Of a stretch of 64,000 nucleotides of DNA, positions 25,696 through 46,210 are shown piece by piece (within the stretch, counting starts at the first letter, position 1; every line of letters begins with the position of its first letter). The DNA lies in NCBI RefSeq assembly GCF_009914755.1, contig NC_060929.1. One strand, 5' to 3'. This stretch comes from the human T2T-CHM13v2.0 reference genome, Homo sapiens. The notes under the pieces were generated by a model. That model did not search any database. It had not been told where the DNA came from and saw only the letters and a list, made by a program, of their open reading frames with translations. A program made the position numbers and the translations under genes.

Positions 25696-28600
25696 GTCTG
25701 CCTGCAATGGCAACGAGCAGTGAGGACCTGAGTGGGGGCACACCTGAGTTGGGTGCACCTGAGTGGGAGCTGCTGGTCACGGGGCTCCTGGCTGGGCAGG
25801 CTCCCCCCACAGCCACTTTGTGCCAGCTTGAGTCCAGTGGTCACTTCCTGGGAGTATTGTCAGGGCCCCTTCCTCACAGCACAGCCTTCATTCTCTGTCT
25901 TCTCATGGCCTCTCAACTCTCCTGCAGGACCCATCTCTTGTCTACTCCTCTTGCCCCACTCAGGGGCAGGCCTCTTCTAGATTCTTCCCCCCGGCACCCC
26001 TCCACGAAGGTTGTTTTTCACAAGCCTGGATAATCAGCCTAATCCCCCTGCTTCTGGCCACAAAGATTGGTTCAGGGATTGGCCCCATCCAAATTAGGGG
26101 GGCTCAGCTGCAATCCCAGAACTTATGTGGCACTTGGAGGCTTTCTTTCCCCCTGGAGTCCTTGAGCTGGTGGAATGTATGCCCGACGCTACTGGGGCCA
26201 TTGTGGCAGGAAAGTGGGCACATTCCTGAGCACAGTGTCGCTGTGCTGAGCACAGAAGCTGCTCCATGGACTTCTCCATCACATGTGCCTCTTTAAGTTG
26301 GGGTTCTCTCAGGTACAGTCAAAACTGCTGTCCTCCTTAACCTGGCATTCCGGGCTCTTTGTGATTTGGACTAGCTGACCTGTCCATCCTCACCGCCTAT
26401 CACACCCCATTGCTCTTGGCACCAGCCACGTTCTCTCCTCCAAATGCCTTCTCCAACTCTGAACCACTGCACATGCCGTTCCCTCCTGCAGGAAGGCTCT
26501 CCCACCATCTTCACTCCCCTATCCCTCCAGGTATGGCTGAAATGCCTCGTCCTCGGTGAAGCCTTCCCTGCGTCCCACCAAGGCTGCACCTGACCTCTGG
26601 TGGGCATCAGCAGATTCTGCTTGTCAGCCTTGTTGGGTGCCTGGGTGCTGCTGTCAGTACCTGGCACAGGGAAAGGCCAGCTGCAGCCGTTACAGTGTCT
26701 TCTCTACCCAAACCTCCAGGCAGAGGCCAGAGCACATCCTCTGTGACCCTGCTCTGAGTGACGGGCCTGGCAGCAGCAGGTGTCCATACCCACCTGCAGG
26801 GAGCCCATGCTTACTCTCAGAAGCTCTTCCACTTACCCCTCTAGGCCAGTCTTCCTTGAAAGCCCAGGAGCCCTCACAGTGACGCATCCTGGCTAAACCT
26901 GTGACTGTTTAGACAGCCCCTACATTCTTGATCGTGGAGTCCTGCCAGCTCACTGCAGGGTCTTCTATGGACTCTGAGGCTCCCCTGCTCATGCCGTCCT
27001 TGCTGCCCCGATGGCAAACCCTGACCCTGGCCTATTTCTCCTTTGCAGCACTCTGAGTGACCCTGCCCTGGGAGCAGAGACAGAGGGACGTGGTGGGTCA
27101 GAGCTGACACTGGGGATCAGAGGGAGCCCCTCAGAGGGCTGTCCCGTGGCCATGTGGGTGTGGGAGGTGCTGGGACTGGGTTACAGCATGGGAAGGGCTC
27201 AGGCATTGGTGTGGACAGCAGCCCAGACAGTCCTGGCCATGGTGACAGACAGCTTATTTTCGCCTCCCTGACAATGCTGTAAGTGTTCAATTTTCAGCCA
27301 ATGAAACCGTAAAATTTCACAAAATCACCTCCTGTCTGTCCCAGGGGGAGGCGGCTGAGCAGGTGGGCATGCAGGAAGCTGCACATGCTCAGTGGGAGGG
27401 GGCCAGCTGCGGGATGGGCCGGCTGCAGGGTGCACGCTGCTCTGCCTCCTGCCCAGGGCGCGGCAGCTCAGCCTGATTCCACAAGATAGAAAACCTGTGA
27501 GCCTAGGAGGTCCGTTGTCTCCTGCTGGACACCTGGCACCTGTTCACCCTGCAACGCTGGGCCTGCCCCAGATCCCAGCCCCATTTTCTTGACAAGCCAG
27601 TGGCAAGGGTGGAGGTGGCTCTGGAAGCCTCTGCAGGATGGTGGGAGGTGCCATGCAGGGGCCTTTCTGAAGGAGGCCAGGAGGCTGCCACTTTAAAGAG
27701 ACAGCCAGGAGGCTCCCAGGGGACCTGGGGCCTGGCCTGGACCCAGGTGCTGGGCACATGGGAGGTGGGAGCAGTGTTCAGATCCAGCTCTGCTCTGGAG
27801 CGACTAGCTCTCGCTGGAGCCAGGGGTGGTGGTGGTTGCTGAACTATTGTGACCCACAGGGATGCCCAGAGAGGGGCTGGGCTGCCAGTGGTCCTCCGAC
27901 CTCCAATCACCCATCGTATCACCAGCTGGGTCCAGGTCTGGGTCTCAATGAATGGGCTTATCCTTGTGCCGCAGCCTTCAGTTTTTTCCTGTGGTTGCCA
28001 AGGGTCATCCATTCATGCGTGTATGCATGGGGTGACTCCTGGCTCCATTCCAGGCAATGGGGACAAAGCCCGACCTCAGGGAGCTGGTAAGGGAGGCAGA
28101 GCTGTGCAGAGACTGCCCCACGGGAGGCATGCTGTGAGGGAAAGGGGGTGACCACTCTCTGTGCTCACTGCGGTGGATGTCCTGGCCCCTAAGAGAAGGT
28201 GAGGTCAGAGCTGCTGCCACCAGCGGGCTCCCCCACCACTCCCACCCCTCCCTGCAGGCGTGCTGGTGCAGACAGGCCAGGTGCCCACCTCTGGCCTCTG
28301 CATGAGGACAGCTGGGGACACAGAGGACACTGCTGCTCCTCCATCCGCCAGGGACAGCCAGCTCCTCCTCCCTCCAGCAGGAGCTCCAGCCTGCCTGGAA
28401 TGGGCTGGGTGAGGGTGGCTGCACTGAGGGCTGACGGCAGGATGCAATCGGCAGAGAGACATGCCAGACAGACTGACCAGCATGTGCAGAGGCTCGGCGG
28501 AGCTGGGGGCAACGTGGTGTGATCATGGGAGTATATGCTTAGGTGTCAGGAGCCAGGCAGTGGCTCCTGGAAGGGTAGTGGGGAGTGACTGAGTTGGGGT

Positions 28601-28954
28601 CAGGGAGTGTGCAGAGTGATCAGAGCATCACGTTCCTTGTGTGCAAAAACAGCCATGTAACGAGGGTCCCTCGCTCCACCTGTAAGTGACGCTTTTATTA
28701 GTTTCTAGTCTTTCTGTAGCTTCTTTACGCAAAGACAAGGAAATGTAAACACATAACCCCTTTTCTGTCTGTATTACACAAAAAGGTAGCATACTGTCCA
28801 CACTCCCCCGCACTGGGCTTTCTTCACTAACAATGCGTTTTGAGGACCTTTCCATGGCAGGGCAGGGCTGCCTCATTCATTTTTATAAAAATTGCCTCAC
28901 AACATTCCATTGTTTGGATGTCCACAAATAATTTTTAAAAAGCAATGAGGCAGC

Positions 28955-29598
<644 letters not shown>

Positions 29599-32067
29599 TA
29601 AAAAAGGCAGTGATGATGGGACAATTGTTTATTGTTACAATATCTCTCAGAAGTCTTGAAATCACTGTTAAGTCTCCCATCTGTGTTTTGTGCACGTGGC
29701 CTGAATGATGCACGTGACAAAGGGGCTGGGAGTCTTGGGGGCTGCATAGATGGGCTGTCAGCATGAGGGGCTCAGCATGGATGGGGAACGTTCTGCTCGT
29801 ACCCTGTAGAGAGACCTTTCCATTTCTCCCTCTGTCTGCCTCGTTGGGACGTGGGGCTCGGTGTGTGTGAACTAGATATATGCACGGTGTGGCTGCTCCC
29901 GTGGGGTTCCGCTTCCTACCCATGAAATGAATGAGACTTAATTAAATGCCCAGTGCTGGCAGGCATGCAAGGGCAGCCCCTTACACACCACTGCGGGGAG
30001 GGGTGGTATGCGTTGTCATGGTCCCTTTAATTGTACCAAGATTTGGCTCAATGTACCAAGAGCGTTATGTTCTATAGCGTCCTTTCATCCTAATCAAAGC
30101 CTTGGAAATGTATCCTGAGAAAATGAAGGGGACAAGCTGTGGAAAGAAAGGCCCTTGCTTCAGCATTAAATCCCAGCAGCGAACACTCTCGAGCAGCACA
30201 GATGGCAAACAAAGGGAGCATGGACGGGGAGGTGCACAGACGCACTGGCGGAGTGGCTGTGGCCGCTGCAGTGATGGTTCTGAACACACGGTCATAACAC
30301 AGAAAACAGTGTGGCACAAGGAGGGGAAAACAGCAGGAGAGAAAGGTGCGGATGGTGGGAATGACATTCACGTGGATGAAGACTGCAGTGAGGCCCTGAG
30401 AAATGAGTCGCTGCTGTGCCCTCCTCGCACCCCATCGTTTTAGAGTCATTCGTCCAAGCTGAAGTCCACTCATCAGAGGATGGCTCTGGGAACACCTGAA
30501 CTGATTCCAGGCCTGGAATGGTGAGGCTGGGGGCACGTGCCCCCGCTGTGGCAAGGGCACTGACAGGACACTGAGAGGAAATGCCTGGCTCTGGCACACA
30601 GCCCCAAGTGGCTGAGGCATGAGCTTCTGCCTCGGTTTCCCTCTCCATGGCTCCTGTCCCACTGCCTGGCCCCCAGCCCCTCAGGCATCTCTCCTTGTGT
30701 GTGTCTCCAGGCCCTGCACCTGGAGGTCCTGGGGCTCCTGCAGCAGTTCAAGAGACAGCAGGCGAGGATTGTGTGGGGTCAGGTCTGCAGAGAGACAGGC
30801 AGACAGGGGACAGGATCCCACGTGCCACCCTGCAGGGGGGCACTCTGATGCCTGCCAGCACCCAGCTGGGCATCCTTCCTTCTGGAGGCCTCACTGACAG
30901 GCTCAGGGCCCACCCTGCTCCAGGCCGCTGGCGCTGGCAAAGTTTCTGGGACAGCATGGCCCCAGCCCAACCCCTCTATGGGAGACGGGAAATGTGTGCA
31001 GGGACAGGGGCACCATGTGGTGCGTTTATAAGGAAGGCCAGCCCTGAAGATGGATGTGCATTCTCCTGCTATTCCAGTGGGTGCTGGAAAGAGGTAATGG
31101 TCACCTGCCCCCAGCCAGTTGAAAACGTGCCCAAGGGCCCTGCTGTTCCTCCTCAGCGTGGGGCTGGCAGAAGGTGGGCCGGCTGTACCAGTGAAAACCC
31201 ACAAGCTCTGCTGTGCTCTGGGAGCTGGCGTGCTCAGACCTTCCTGGTGTAAAAGTCATCCAGGACATCCAGGACTCCTGACTTACGTTTCATATTGTGA
31301 TTGTAAGGGTGGCAATTAATTCTATTTTTTTAAAAAGCCACTGATGGGGCCACACAGTGAGTTAAAGCACAGTTAGAAATGACATCTGTAGTGCCAAGGT
31401 GGTCAGTTTACAGACCCTGTTCCTGCTGGGGTCCCCACATCCCTCAGCATGGGTGGCTGGCATTAAACATCTGCAAAATGGAAATCCATCGAACTTGCAG
31501 AAGAAAAGCAGGTGGCTGGTCAGAGCGCGTCCTGGGGGCTGGAGGGATGTTCTCCCTGGGCCAGGTGTGGCAGAAGGGACAGAGGTAAAGAAGGCTCCCG
31601 AAGGCCCCTGTGAGGACCACGCGCGTGTCTCAGGAAGACACCTGTGAGCTCTGAGAAGAGGGAGCAGTCCCCCTCTTCAGGTTATGGAGACTGGTGCACG
31701 AAGTACCTCGCACAGTGCCTGCTGTGGAGAAAGGACCCCCAAGGCCAGCACTCGCCACGGGGAGCTCGCCACCTGCTAGGGCCAGACCACAACACAGGCA
31801 GCAACTGCTGTTAACCAAGGCTCTGTGTGTGCCAAAAAGACTTGCCAACTGCACCGCCATGGTTCCCCATGGCTTCTGTGCTGGCTGCAGCTGGGGCGAC
31901 CCTCTACCTGCCCATCCAGCCCTGCAGCTGAAACCACGTCCCAACAGCTGCTGGAAATGGTCCCACTGCTTTAGCCTCAAAGGCTGTGGTGGGTCCACGG
32001 CCCCAAATCAGAGCCCTTTCTGCCCTTGCTTGAATATGTGCAGAATTTTACACATTTACACATTCTC

Positions 32068-32305
<238 letters not shown>

Positions 32306-32606
32306 ATATACTTAACATAAATTTACCGTGTAAAGTTCAGTGGCATTAAGTACATTCACACTGTTGCACAAGCATCACCACCGTCCGTCCACAGAAGTTT
32401 TTCATCATCAATTGAAACCCTGTACCCAGTAAACACTAACTCCCCAATTTCTCCTCCTCTCCTTCCCCAGCCCCTGGTAACCACAGTTCTACATTCTATG
32501 TATTTTTACCATTCTGGGTACCTTATATAAGTGGAATCATAAAACATTTGTCCTTCAGTGACTGGCGTATTTCATTCATCTTTGTCAAGGTGCACCACTG
32601 TTGTAA

Positions 32607-33222
<616 letters not shown>

Positions 33223-33608
33223 TGATCTTGAGCATCTTTTCATTTGCCATTTGTATATATTCTTTAGAAAAATGCCTGTTCAAGACTTTTCCCCACTTTT
33301 TTCAAGCAAAGAAAATTTAATTCATAGAATTGGTTCCGTGACAGGATGTAATTACCCCACCCCTGAGATTTAAGGAACAAAAGAGAAGCCGTGGCGTTTC
33401 AAGACCCAGATCAGAGGAGAAGCCCCACAGAACTGGAGCTCACGCTTCGAGCATGGCTGCTGCTGGGACCTCTGCAGGGGCATGAGGCAGCTAGCCCCAA
33501 GAGTCCTCTTTTACCCATTTTTGAATTGAGTTGTTTGGGATTTGTTTGTTTTTGAGTTTTAGGAGTTTGTTAGATAGTCTGGATATCAATCCCTCATTAG
33601 CTATGTGA

Positions 33609-33908
<300 letters not shown>

Positions 33909-35538
33909 TGAATAGCTGGGACTACAGGTGCATGCCACCACACCCGGCTCATTTTGTATTTTGTATTTTGGTACTTTTAACACGGTTTCACCATGTTGCG
34001 CAGGCTGGTTTCCAACTCCTGAGCTCAAGTGATCCGTTCAAAGTGTTGGGATTACAGGCATGAGCCACTGTGCTTGGCCAGCTATGTGTTTTTCATATGT
34101 GACTTTTATTATGTTGAGGTAGTTTCCTTCTATTCCAGTTTTTGGAGTACTTTTTTTTTTTGTCATGAAAGGGCATTGAATTTTGTTTAATGCTTTTTTC
34201 TTCATCAATTGAAATGATCATGTGTTTTTTCCTTCATCATGTTAATCTATTGTATTACATTGATTGATTTTCGTATGTTGAACCATCTTTGCATTCCAGG
34301 AATAAACCTCCCTTGGTTGTGGTGTATAATTTTCTTTAATATGCTGCTGAACTTGGTTTGCTAGTATTTTGTTGAGGATGTTTGCATCATAAGGGATATT
34401 GGTCTGTAGTTTACTTCTTGTAGTGCTTCTGTCTGGCTTTGGTATCAAGGTGATGCTGACCTCATAAAATGAGTTAGGAAGTGTTTCTGCCTCTTTAATT
34501 TTTAGGAAAAGTTTGAGAAGCATTGGTGATGGTTCTTTTTTAAATGTTTGGTAGAATTCACCAGTGAAACCACCAGGTCCAGGACTTTTTTGTTGTTGGA
34601 AGGCTTTTAATTACTAATTAAACCTCATTATTAGTTATAGGTCTATTTACGGTTTCTAATTTTTTTTTCATGATTTCAGTTTCTAGGAATTTCATCTAGA
34701 AATTCCAATTTGTTCAAATTTCCAATTTGTTGGCATATAATTTTTTATAGTACTCTTATAATCCCTTTAATTTATGTGAATTGGTAATAGTATCCCTACT
34801 CTCATTTCTGATTTTAATAACTTCAGTCATCTCTTTTTTTTCAGTCAGTCTAGCTAAAGGTTTGTCAATTTTGTTAATCTTTTTGAAGAACCAACTTTAG
34901 GCTTTTTAAATTTTTTCTATTGTTTTTCTATTCTCTTTTATTTATCTCTTCTCTAATCTTTATAATTTCCCTCCTTCTGCTAGCTTTGGGTTTAGTTTGT
35001 TCCTCTTTTTCTAGCTCTTTACATTGTACAATTAGGTTGTTATTTTGAGATCTTTCTTCTTTTTTAATGTGTTTACAGCTATAAATTTTCCATTAAGGAC
35101 AGTTTTTGCTGTATCCCATGTTTTAGTATGTTGTGTTTTCATTTTCATTCATCTCTAAGTATTTTCGAATTTCCCTTGGGACTTGTTCTTCAATGCATAG
35201 GTTGTTTAAGAATGTGTTGTTTACTTTCCACAAATTTGTGAATTTTCCAGTTTTCCTTCTATTATTGATTTCTAATTTCATCCTGTCATAGTTGGAGAGG
35301 ATACTTCATATGATATCTCTCTTTTAAAATTTATTGAGGCTTAATCTGTGTCCTAACATATGGTTTATCCTGGAGAATATCCCACGTGCACTTTAGAAGA
35401 CTGTGTATGTTGTTGTTGAGTAGAGTTCTGTATATGTCTGTTAGACCTAGTTGGCTTATTGTGTTGTGTAAGTCTTTTATTTCCTTACTTATCTTCTGTC
35501 TGGGCATTCTATCCATTATTAAGAGTGAGGTAGCAGCT

Positions 35539-35576
35539 GCTGAAATAGCTTAGTTGGGAAAGCATTAGACTGGAGA
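35539..35576 (+). pseudogene. Tailless retrocopy of the 5' half of tRNA-Phe(GAA)
   Basis: GCTGAAATAGCTTAGTTGGGAAAGCATTAGACTGGAGA vs tRNA-Phe nt 1-38 GCCGAAATAGCTCAGTTGGGAGAGCGTTAGACTGAAGA (33/38); TSD AGAGTGAGGTA at 35522-32 and 35574-84. Confidence 0.88.
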
Positions 35577-36692
35577 GTGAGGTATTGCAGTCTCTGACTA
35601 TTACTATAGAGCTGTCCATTTCTCCTTTCAATTCTGCCCATTTTTGCTTCATATATTTTAATGACCTGTTTTGGGGTCATAAATGTTTATAATTGTTAAG
35701 TCTTCTTGCTATATTAAATTTTCATTGATATGTGATACCCTTCTTTGTCTCTGGTAATCCTTTAAAATTTAAAGTATTTTTTCTGTTATTAGTATGGCTG
35801 CTCCCACTCTCTTTTTGTTACTGTTTACATGGAGTATCTTTTTCAGTCCCTTCATGTTTAACCTATTTATGACTTTGGATCTAAAATGAATCTCTTGTGG
35901 ACAATATATAGTTGGATCTTTTTTAAAAAATCCATTCTGCCAATCTTTGTCTTTTGACTAGAGAGTGTAATCTATTTCCTTTTTAAATAATAACTGTTAA
36001 GACAGGATTTACTCCTGCCATTTTGCTGTTTTTTTTTCTATTGCCTTGTATCTTTTTGTTCCTTATTTCCTGCAGTACTGTGTTCTTTTTTTGTGGTGAA
36101 ACATTAATTCCTTTCTTGTTTCCTTTTGTGTATATCCTATAGCTACTTTCTTTGTGGCAACCATGGGAATTACATTTAACATCCTAAAGTTACAACACTC
36201 TAATTTGAATTTAGACCAGTTTAACTTCAGTAGCATTCAAAAACTCTGCTCCTATACAGTTCTGTCCCCACCCTGTTAGTTACTGATGTCACAAAATTAC
36301 ATTTTTATTATGTTCAAAAGCACAGACTTAATACTTATTTTCTTAATGTATTAGTCTCTTAAATCATGTAAAAAAAAGGTAGAGTTACAAATCAGTTATC
36401 ATAATACCAGCTTTTATAATTGCCCATGGATAAATCTTTACCAGATATTTTTGTTAACACAGCTTTGAATTACTCTTTAGTGTCTTTCATTTCAACCTGA
36501 AGCACTTCATTTAGTATTTCTCCTAGGTAGGCCTTGCGGTAGTGACTTTCTTCGATTCTTGTTTATCTAGGAATGTCTTAACTTTGTACTCATTTTTGAA
36601 GGACAGTTTTGCCATACATAGGATTCTTGGTTGACAGGTTTTTTTACTTTCAGCATTTTGAATACATCAACCGATTGCCTTCTGGCCTCTAA

Positions 36693-36959
<267 letters not shown>

Positions 36960-37039
36960 TGATCTGCCCACCTCAGCCTCCCAAAGTGCTGGGATTACAG
37001 GTTACAGGTGTGAGCCACTGTGCCCGCCAAGGCCTCTAA

Positions 37040-37468
<429 letters not shown>

Positions 37469-38182
37469 TGATTATAATGTGTCTCACTGTGGGTCTCTTT
37501 GAGTTTATCCTACTTGGTTCACTGGGTTTCCTGGATGTTTATATTCATGTTTTTCATCAAATTTGGGAAGTTTTCAGCCATTAATTATTCAGATAATCTC
37601 TCTATACCTTTCTCTCCCTTCTTTTTCTGGGACTCTCACAAAGTGTATGTTGGTCTGCTTTATGGTATTGCTTAGGTCCTGTAGGTTCTGTTCACTTTTT
37701 CAATCTTTTTTATTTTCCTGTTCCTCAGACTCAATAATTTCAATTGCCCTATCTTCAAGTTTGCTGATTCTTTCTTTGACCTCCTAAGATCTGCTTTTGA
37801 ATACCTCTAGTGAATTTTTCATTTCAGTTATTGTACTTTATAGCTCCAAAATTTATTTTTGGTTCCTTTGTATGTTTTTCTGTCTCTTTATTGATAGTTC
37901 CATTTTGTTCATACATCTTTTTCTTGACTGCTACTTCACGTCTTTGCACATCTTTAGGACAGTTGTTTCAAAGCCTTTGTCTAATAAGTCTGTCATGTAG
38001 TCTTTCTCAGGGACAGTTTTTGTTGATTTACTTATTTTTCCTTCAAATGATCCATGTTTTCCTGTTTCTTTATATGCCTTGTGGTATTTATTTTGTAGAA
38101 AACCGGACATTTGACTCTTGCAATGTGGCAACTCTTGAAATCAGATTCTCCTCCTTCCCCAGGGATTAAAAAAAAAAATGTT

Positions 38183-40568
<2,386 letters not shown>

Positions 40569-42189
40569 GTTATAGGTTGCCTCTGTACTGGGATCAGCAT
40601 AAGGTATAAATGGTAAGTCTTCTTGGGTCTTTTTTGAGGCTGTACCTTTCCCAGGGAAATTGCAGTACCTTTATAAACGTCCCCATATGTTACTGCTTTT
40701 GAATGTTCTAGTCCTTAAATGCCTGGCTCCCAAATGGGGAAAATGGGAACAATTAAAGGGGAGGTAGTGGGGAATTTAAAGTTTCTGGCTCTTTAAATCC
40801 CATGGAAGCCTTTTCACCAAGTGGAGATTATACAATGGGGGCCCACCTCTGTGTCTGCACATCCATGCTCAGAGGCAGCAGAACACAGATCCCTGATATT
40901 GATATTTGGAGTGCAAGGTCTTTATGGCCCACCCTGGCTCCCACAGGCTGTGTGTAAGCTGTTCCACAAACACATGCACAGCCTGCCATGGGATTTGGGG
41001 GTGGGGGATAGCTAGCTGCTACCATGTTAAGAGCTGGAATTGACCAGAATTCACCATGATTTACTATCCAAGCCCTCCTCTGGAGCTGCAAGCTTTCAAA
41101 TAGACTCCAGAATTTCAAAATAGTCATATCAGACAGATTCTGCCAGTTCATTTGTCATCTACATGGAGAGATGGAATCCTGATGCCTGCTACTCCACCGT
41201 CTTCCCTGACTTCTTCTCATTACTCCACCGTCTTCCCTGACTTCTCTTCATTACATCTTTAACTGGCTATTGCTACTGTGTTTTGTATATGGCTTTGTAT
41301 AGCATCTTATTCGTTCTAATAGCCTTGGAGTTTGCAGAAGTCAATCATGTCTACAATTAATGGTAATTTCATCTTTTCCCTTCTGGTGGTTAAATTTTCT
41401 CCCTTTTCTTGTCATAATGCATTGGACAGAACTTGCTAGCAGAAACAATACTGGTAAGAATAAGTATCTTATATTGCTCTATCTCTCCATCAGGGTGAGG
41501 TGTGCTCTGGAAACAGAGCTGAAAGCCCCTCTGGGGTGATGTTCCCAGTCCCCGTACTCCAAACCCAAATGTTGGTTTGTTGGGAGGGGCTGGGGCCATG
41601 TGGCCCCTGGTCAGCATGTGTCCCAGAAGCCCCAGGATGTTTATGTCTTATTCCTTCTCCTGCCATGAGAGAGAACTGACCAGCCCTGGGCCTTCTCAGA
41701 GTCCACGATTCTGTTCAGTTTTACTTCTCTCTGTGAAGGGCGCCCAGAAGCTCTGAGAAGAGGCCGGAATTCTAAGTTTTCTTACAGGGCCCAGGACAGG
41801 TCTACCCCCTGGGCAGGTGTCTGGAGCCTCAGCTGGCCCCGGGCACTGTTGCAAGGGTCAAATGGGCCTCTTTGCTTGGGACTACCTCTGCTGGCTTCTT
41901 CAGGAACAGGGACAGTCCCTGTCCCCTTAAGGGATAGGGAGCTGAACTCAGCACTGTTTCCAAGGCTCCTGGGTGAGGCACCTGCTCCACCTTACCCGGA
42001 CAGGTTCTGAACTCCAGGGACTTAAGTTAAAGAAGAAATACACTCTATCATTCTTCAGTGTCTTTTGTTCTCATATGTCAGTGTCACTTAATCCTTAAAA
42101 TGACCATAGGGAAATGACTACCCACTTTACAGTTGAATAAACCCGGACCCTCAAGGGTAAAGTGGGGTGGACAAGTTACCAGCTGCTGA

Positions 42190-42511
<322 letters not shown>

Positions 42512-44119
42512 CCACCCTGGACTCTTGACTCCAGGCCCAGCTCCTGGCCCTGGACCTTTGAGGGGGAATTGGTACAGCCTGAGTGGAAGACAGACTTGGC
42601 CTGAAGGTTCAGCAGGAAAGCCAGGTGCTGGCACTGGGAGCTGGGGGACAACCTGAGTACTTGAAGCCACAGTGTGACTCTTGGAAGCCTCCAGGAGGCA
42701 GGGAGCTTCTGGGCAGCCCTGATGGACTGAGCTGAAGGAGAGGCCTCAGACCACAGCCCAGCCCTTCCCCACCTTGCACAGAAACCTCAAGGGAGGAAAG
42801 CCCCCAACCCTGAGTATGGGTCTGGACTATGCTAGCTCATGTCTGGCTGCCCCGAGCAGTGGTAGCATCACGTCTAGGCTCTGAAAGCCTCTGTGGTCCT
42901 CCTTTTCTCTCTCCTTGGAAGAGCCTGGAGCCTGGACACACATTTCATTTCCATTTGGGTCCCATGAAGGACTCCTGCCTGCTCCCTGATGTCTGAAGGG
43001 ACGCTGTGGGGGAACTGCAGCCTCCCTAGGCCGAGCCCAGATCTGCTTGCGGAGGCTGAGAATGCACCTGGCCTTGCCTTCAGGAGGGCAACGCGCTTGG
43101 CTGTGAGGGGAGGATTGGCCTGAGTTATTTTTGGGCTCCATATGGCCTTCAACTCCTGCTGACAGATCCCGCTGTCTCCCTCAGGAAGCTCTTGTTTCTG
43201 ATTGCTCAGGGCCCGGCTTGCAGGCAATCTGTTGGATGCGAGGCGACAGCACCAAGACCCACGGCAGATTGGCCACTAAATATAGAGCTCTCCCAAGAGG
43301 GCAAGTCAGCCTCTCTCCCGCTCCGTCTTCCATCCTGTCCCTTACTCTTGGCCCACGTTCTCAATTACGTCCTGAGAACATACTTCTACAAGGAGAGGCA
43401 CAGCCCAGTCACTCCCCAAGCCACAGTGAAGGGGTTTGTTTCACCTCCCAACCCGCATGCTGCCTTCCCTTCAGGAACTTCTCCCCGTTGGCTGAAGCCT
43501 GAGTCAGGGTGGGAACCGGAGTCCTGGCCAAGAGGGCACTGTCCCCCCCTCACTGCTGAGCAAGCAAGTGACCAGGTTATCCAATTAGAGCAAAGCCTGG
43601 GCTTTGCTTCGAGACAATTACTATTATTATTATTACAGCATGAACATCTGTTCCCAGGACCCAGGCTAATAAAAAGAGCGTTACCAGTACCTTAAAATCC
43701 CTAATGCATCTTCCTCAACCGGTCCCACTCCTCATCCCCCTAACCTCTAGACAAGACCATGCTGACTTTTGTGCTAATTGTTCCCTTACTTTTCTTTGTA
43801 GTTCCACCTGTGTATTTATCCCCAAATACCCTGCCTAGTTTGACAGCAGAGGGCAGGTGCATGCTGATGGTGCAAGGAGAGGACGGCACTGCCCCTGCTG
43901 GACGGAGGCTCCAGGAGGTGAGCGGATCAGTCTCCAGGCTGTGGTCTGATTCCCGCTTCTCTGGGAGCTGACAAGGCCCCTCCGGGGGAAGTCGTGAGCA
44001 GGGTTGAAAGGGAGTCTTCGGAAACACTGGGCTCAGCACAGTTGGTGCCTGGCAGGGCCGAGGTGGGAACCAAGCGCTGGACCTCTGTGATAAAGAACTG
44101 TTATCGAAAATATATAAAG

Positions 44120-44425
<306 letters not shown>

Positions 44426-44427
44426 AA

Positions 44428-45775
<1,348 letters not shown>

Positions 45776-46210
45776 AGATGGCTTGAAGGGAGTGGGGGTC
45801 TTGGTGATGATCATCTACTTCCTAGCTCACGCTGCTGCAGTGGGGCTCAGTTGCCCTCTGGATGTGGTACGAAGCTGTTACACTGAGATCACCTTTCACC
45901 ATCCTCCAAGAGATTCCTTCTCCTTTATGTGTTGGGCTCCCGTCTCCTGTATTTAAAGTCTTCTTTCTTGGGTTGGTCTTTCATTTTAATGGAGCACATA
46001 CTCTAGTAGCTTTTTGAGAAGAGGTGCTTAGGAAGTAAATGTTTAAGATCTCACATGCCTGTAAACGTTCTCATTTTACTCACACTTGCTAGTGTAGTTT
46101 ATAGTTCAGCAAGGCATAGAATTCTAGATCTGTGCTCGTTTGTCTTCACAATTTTGAAGGCATTGTTTTCTGGCTTCTCTCTTAACTTTGTAGAATTTTC
46201 TTTGTTCCAG

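Noticed and set aside
35539-35576. Functional tRNA gene
   Set aside because: Only the 5' half is present: no T-arm/B-box or 3' acceptor strand, and the anticodon is altered.
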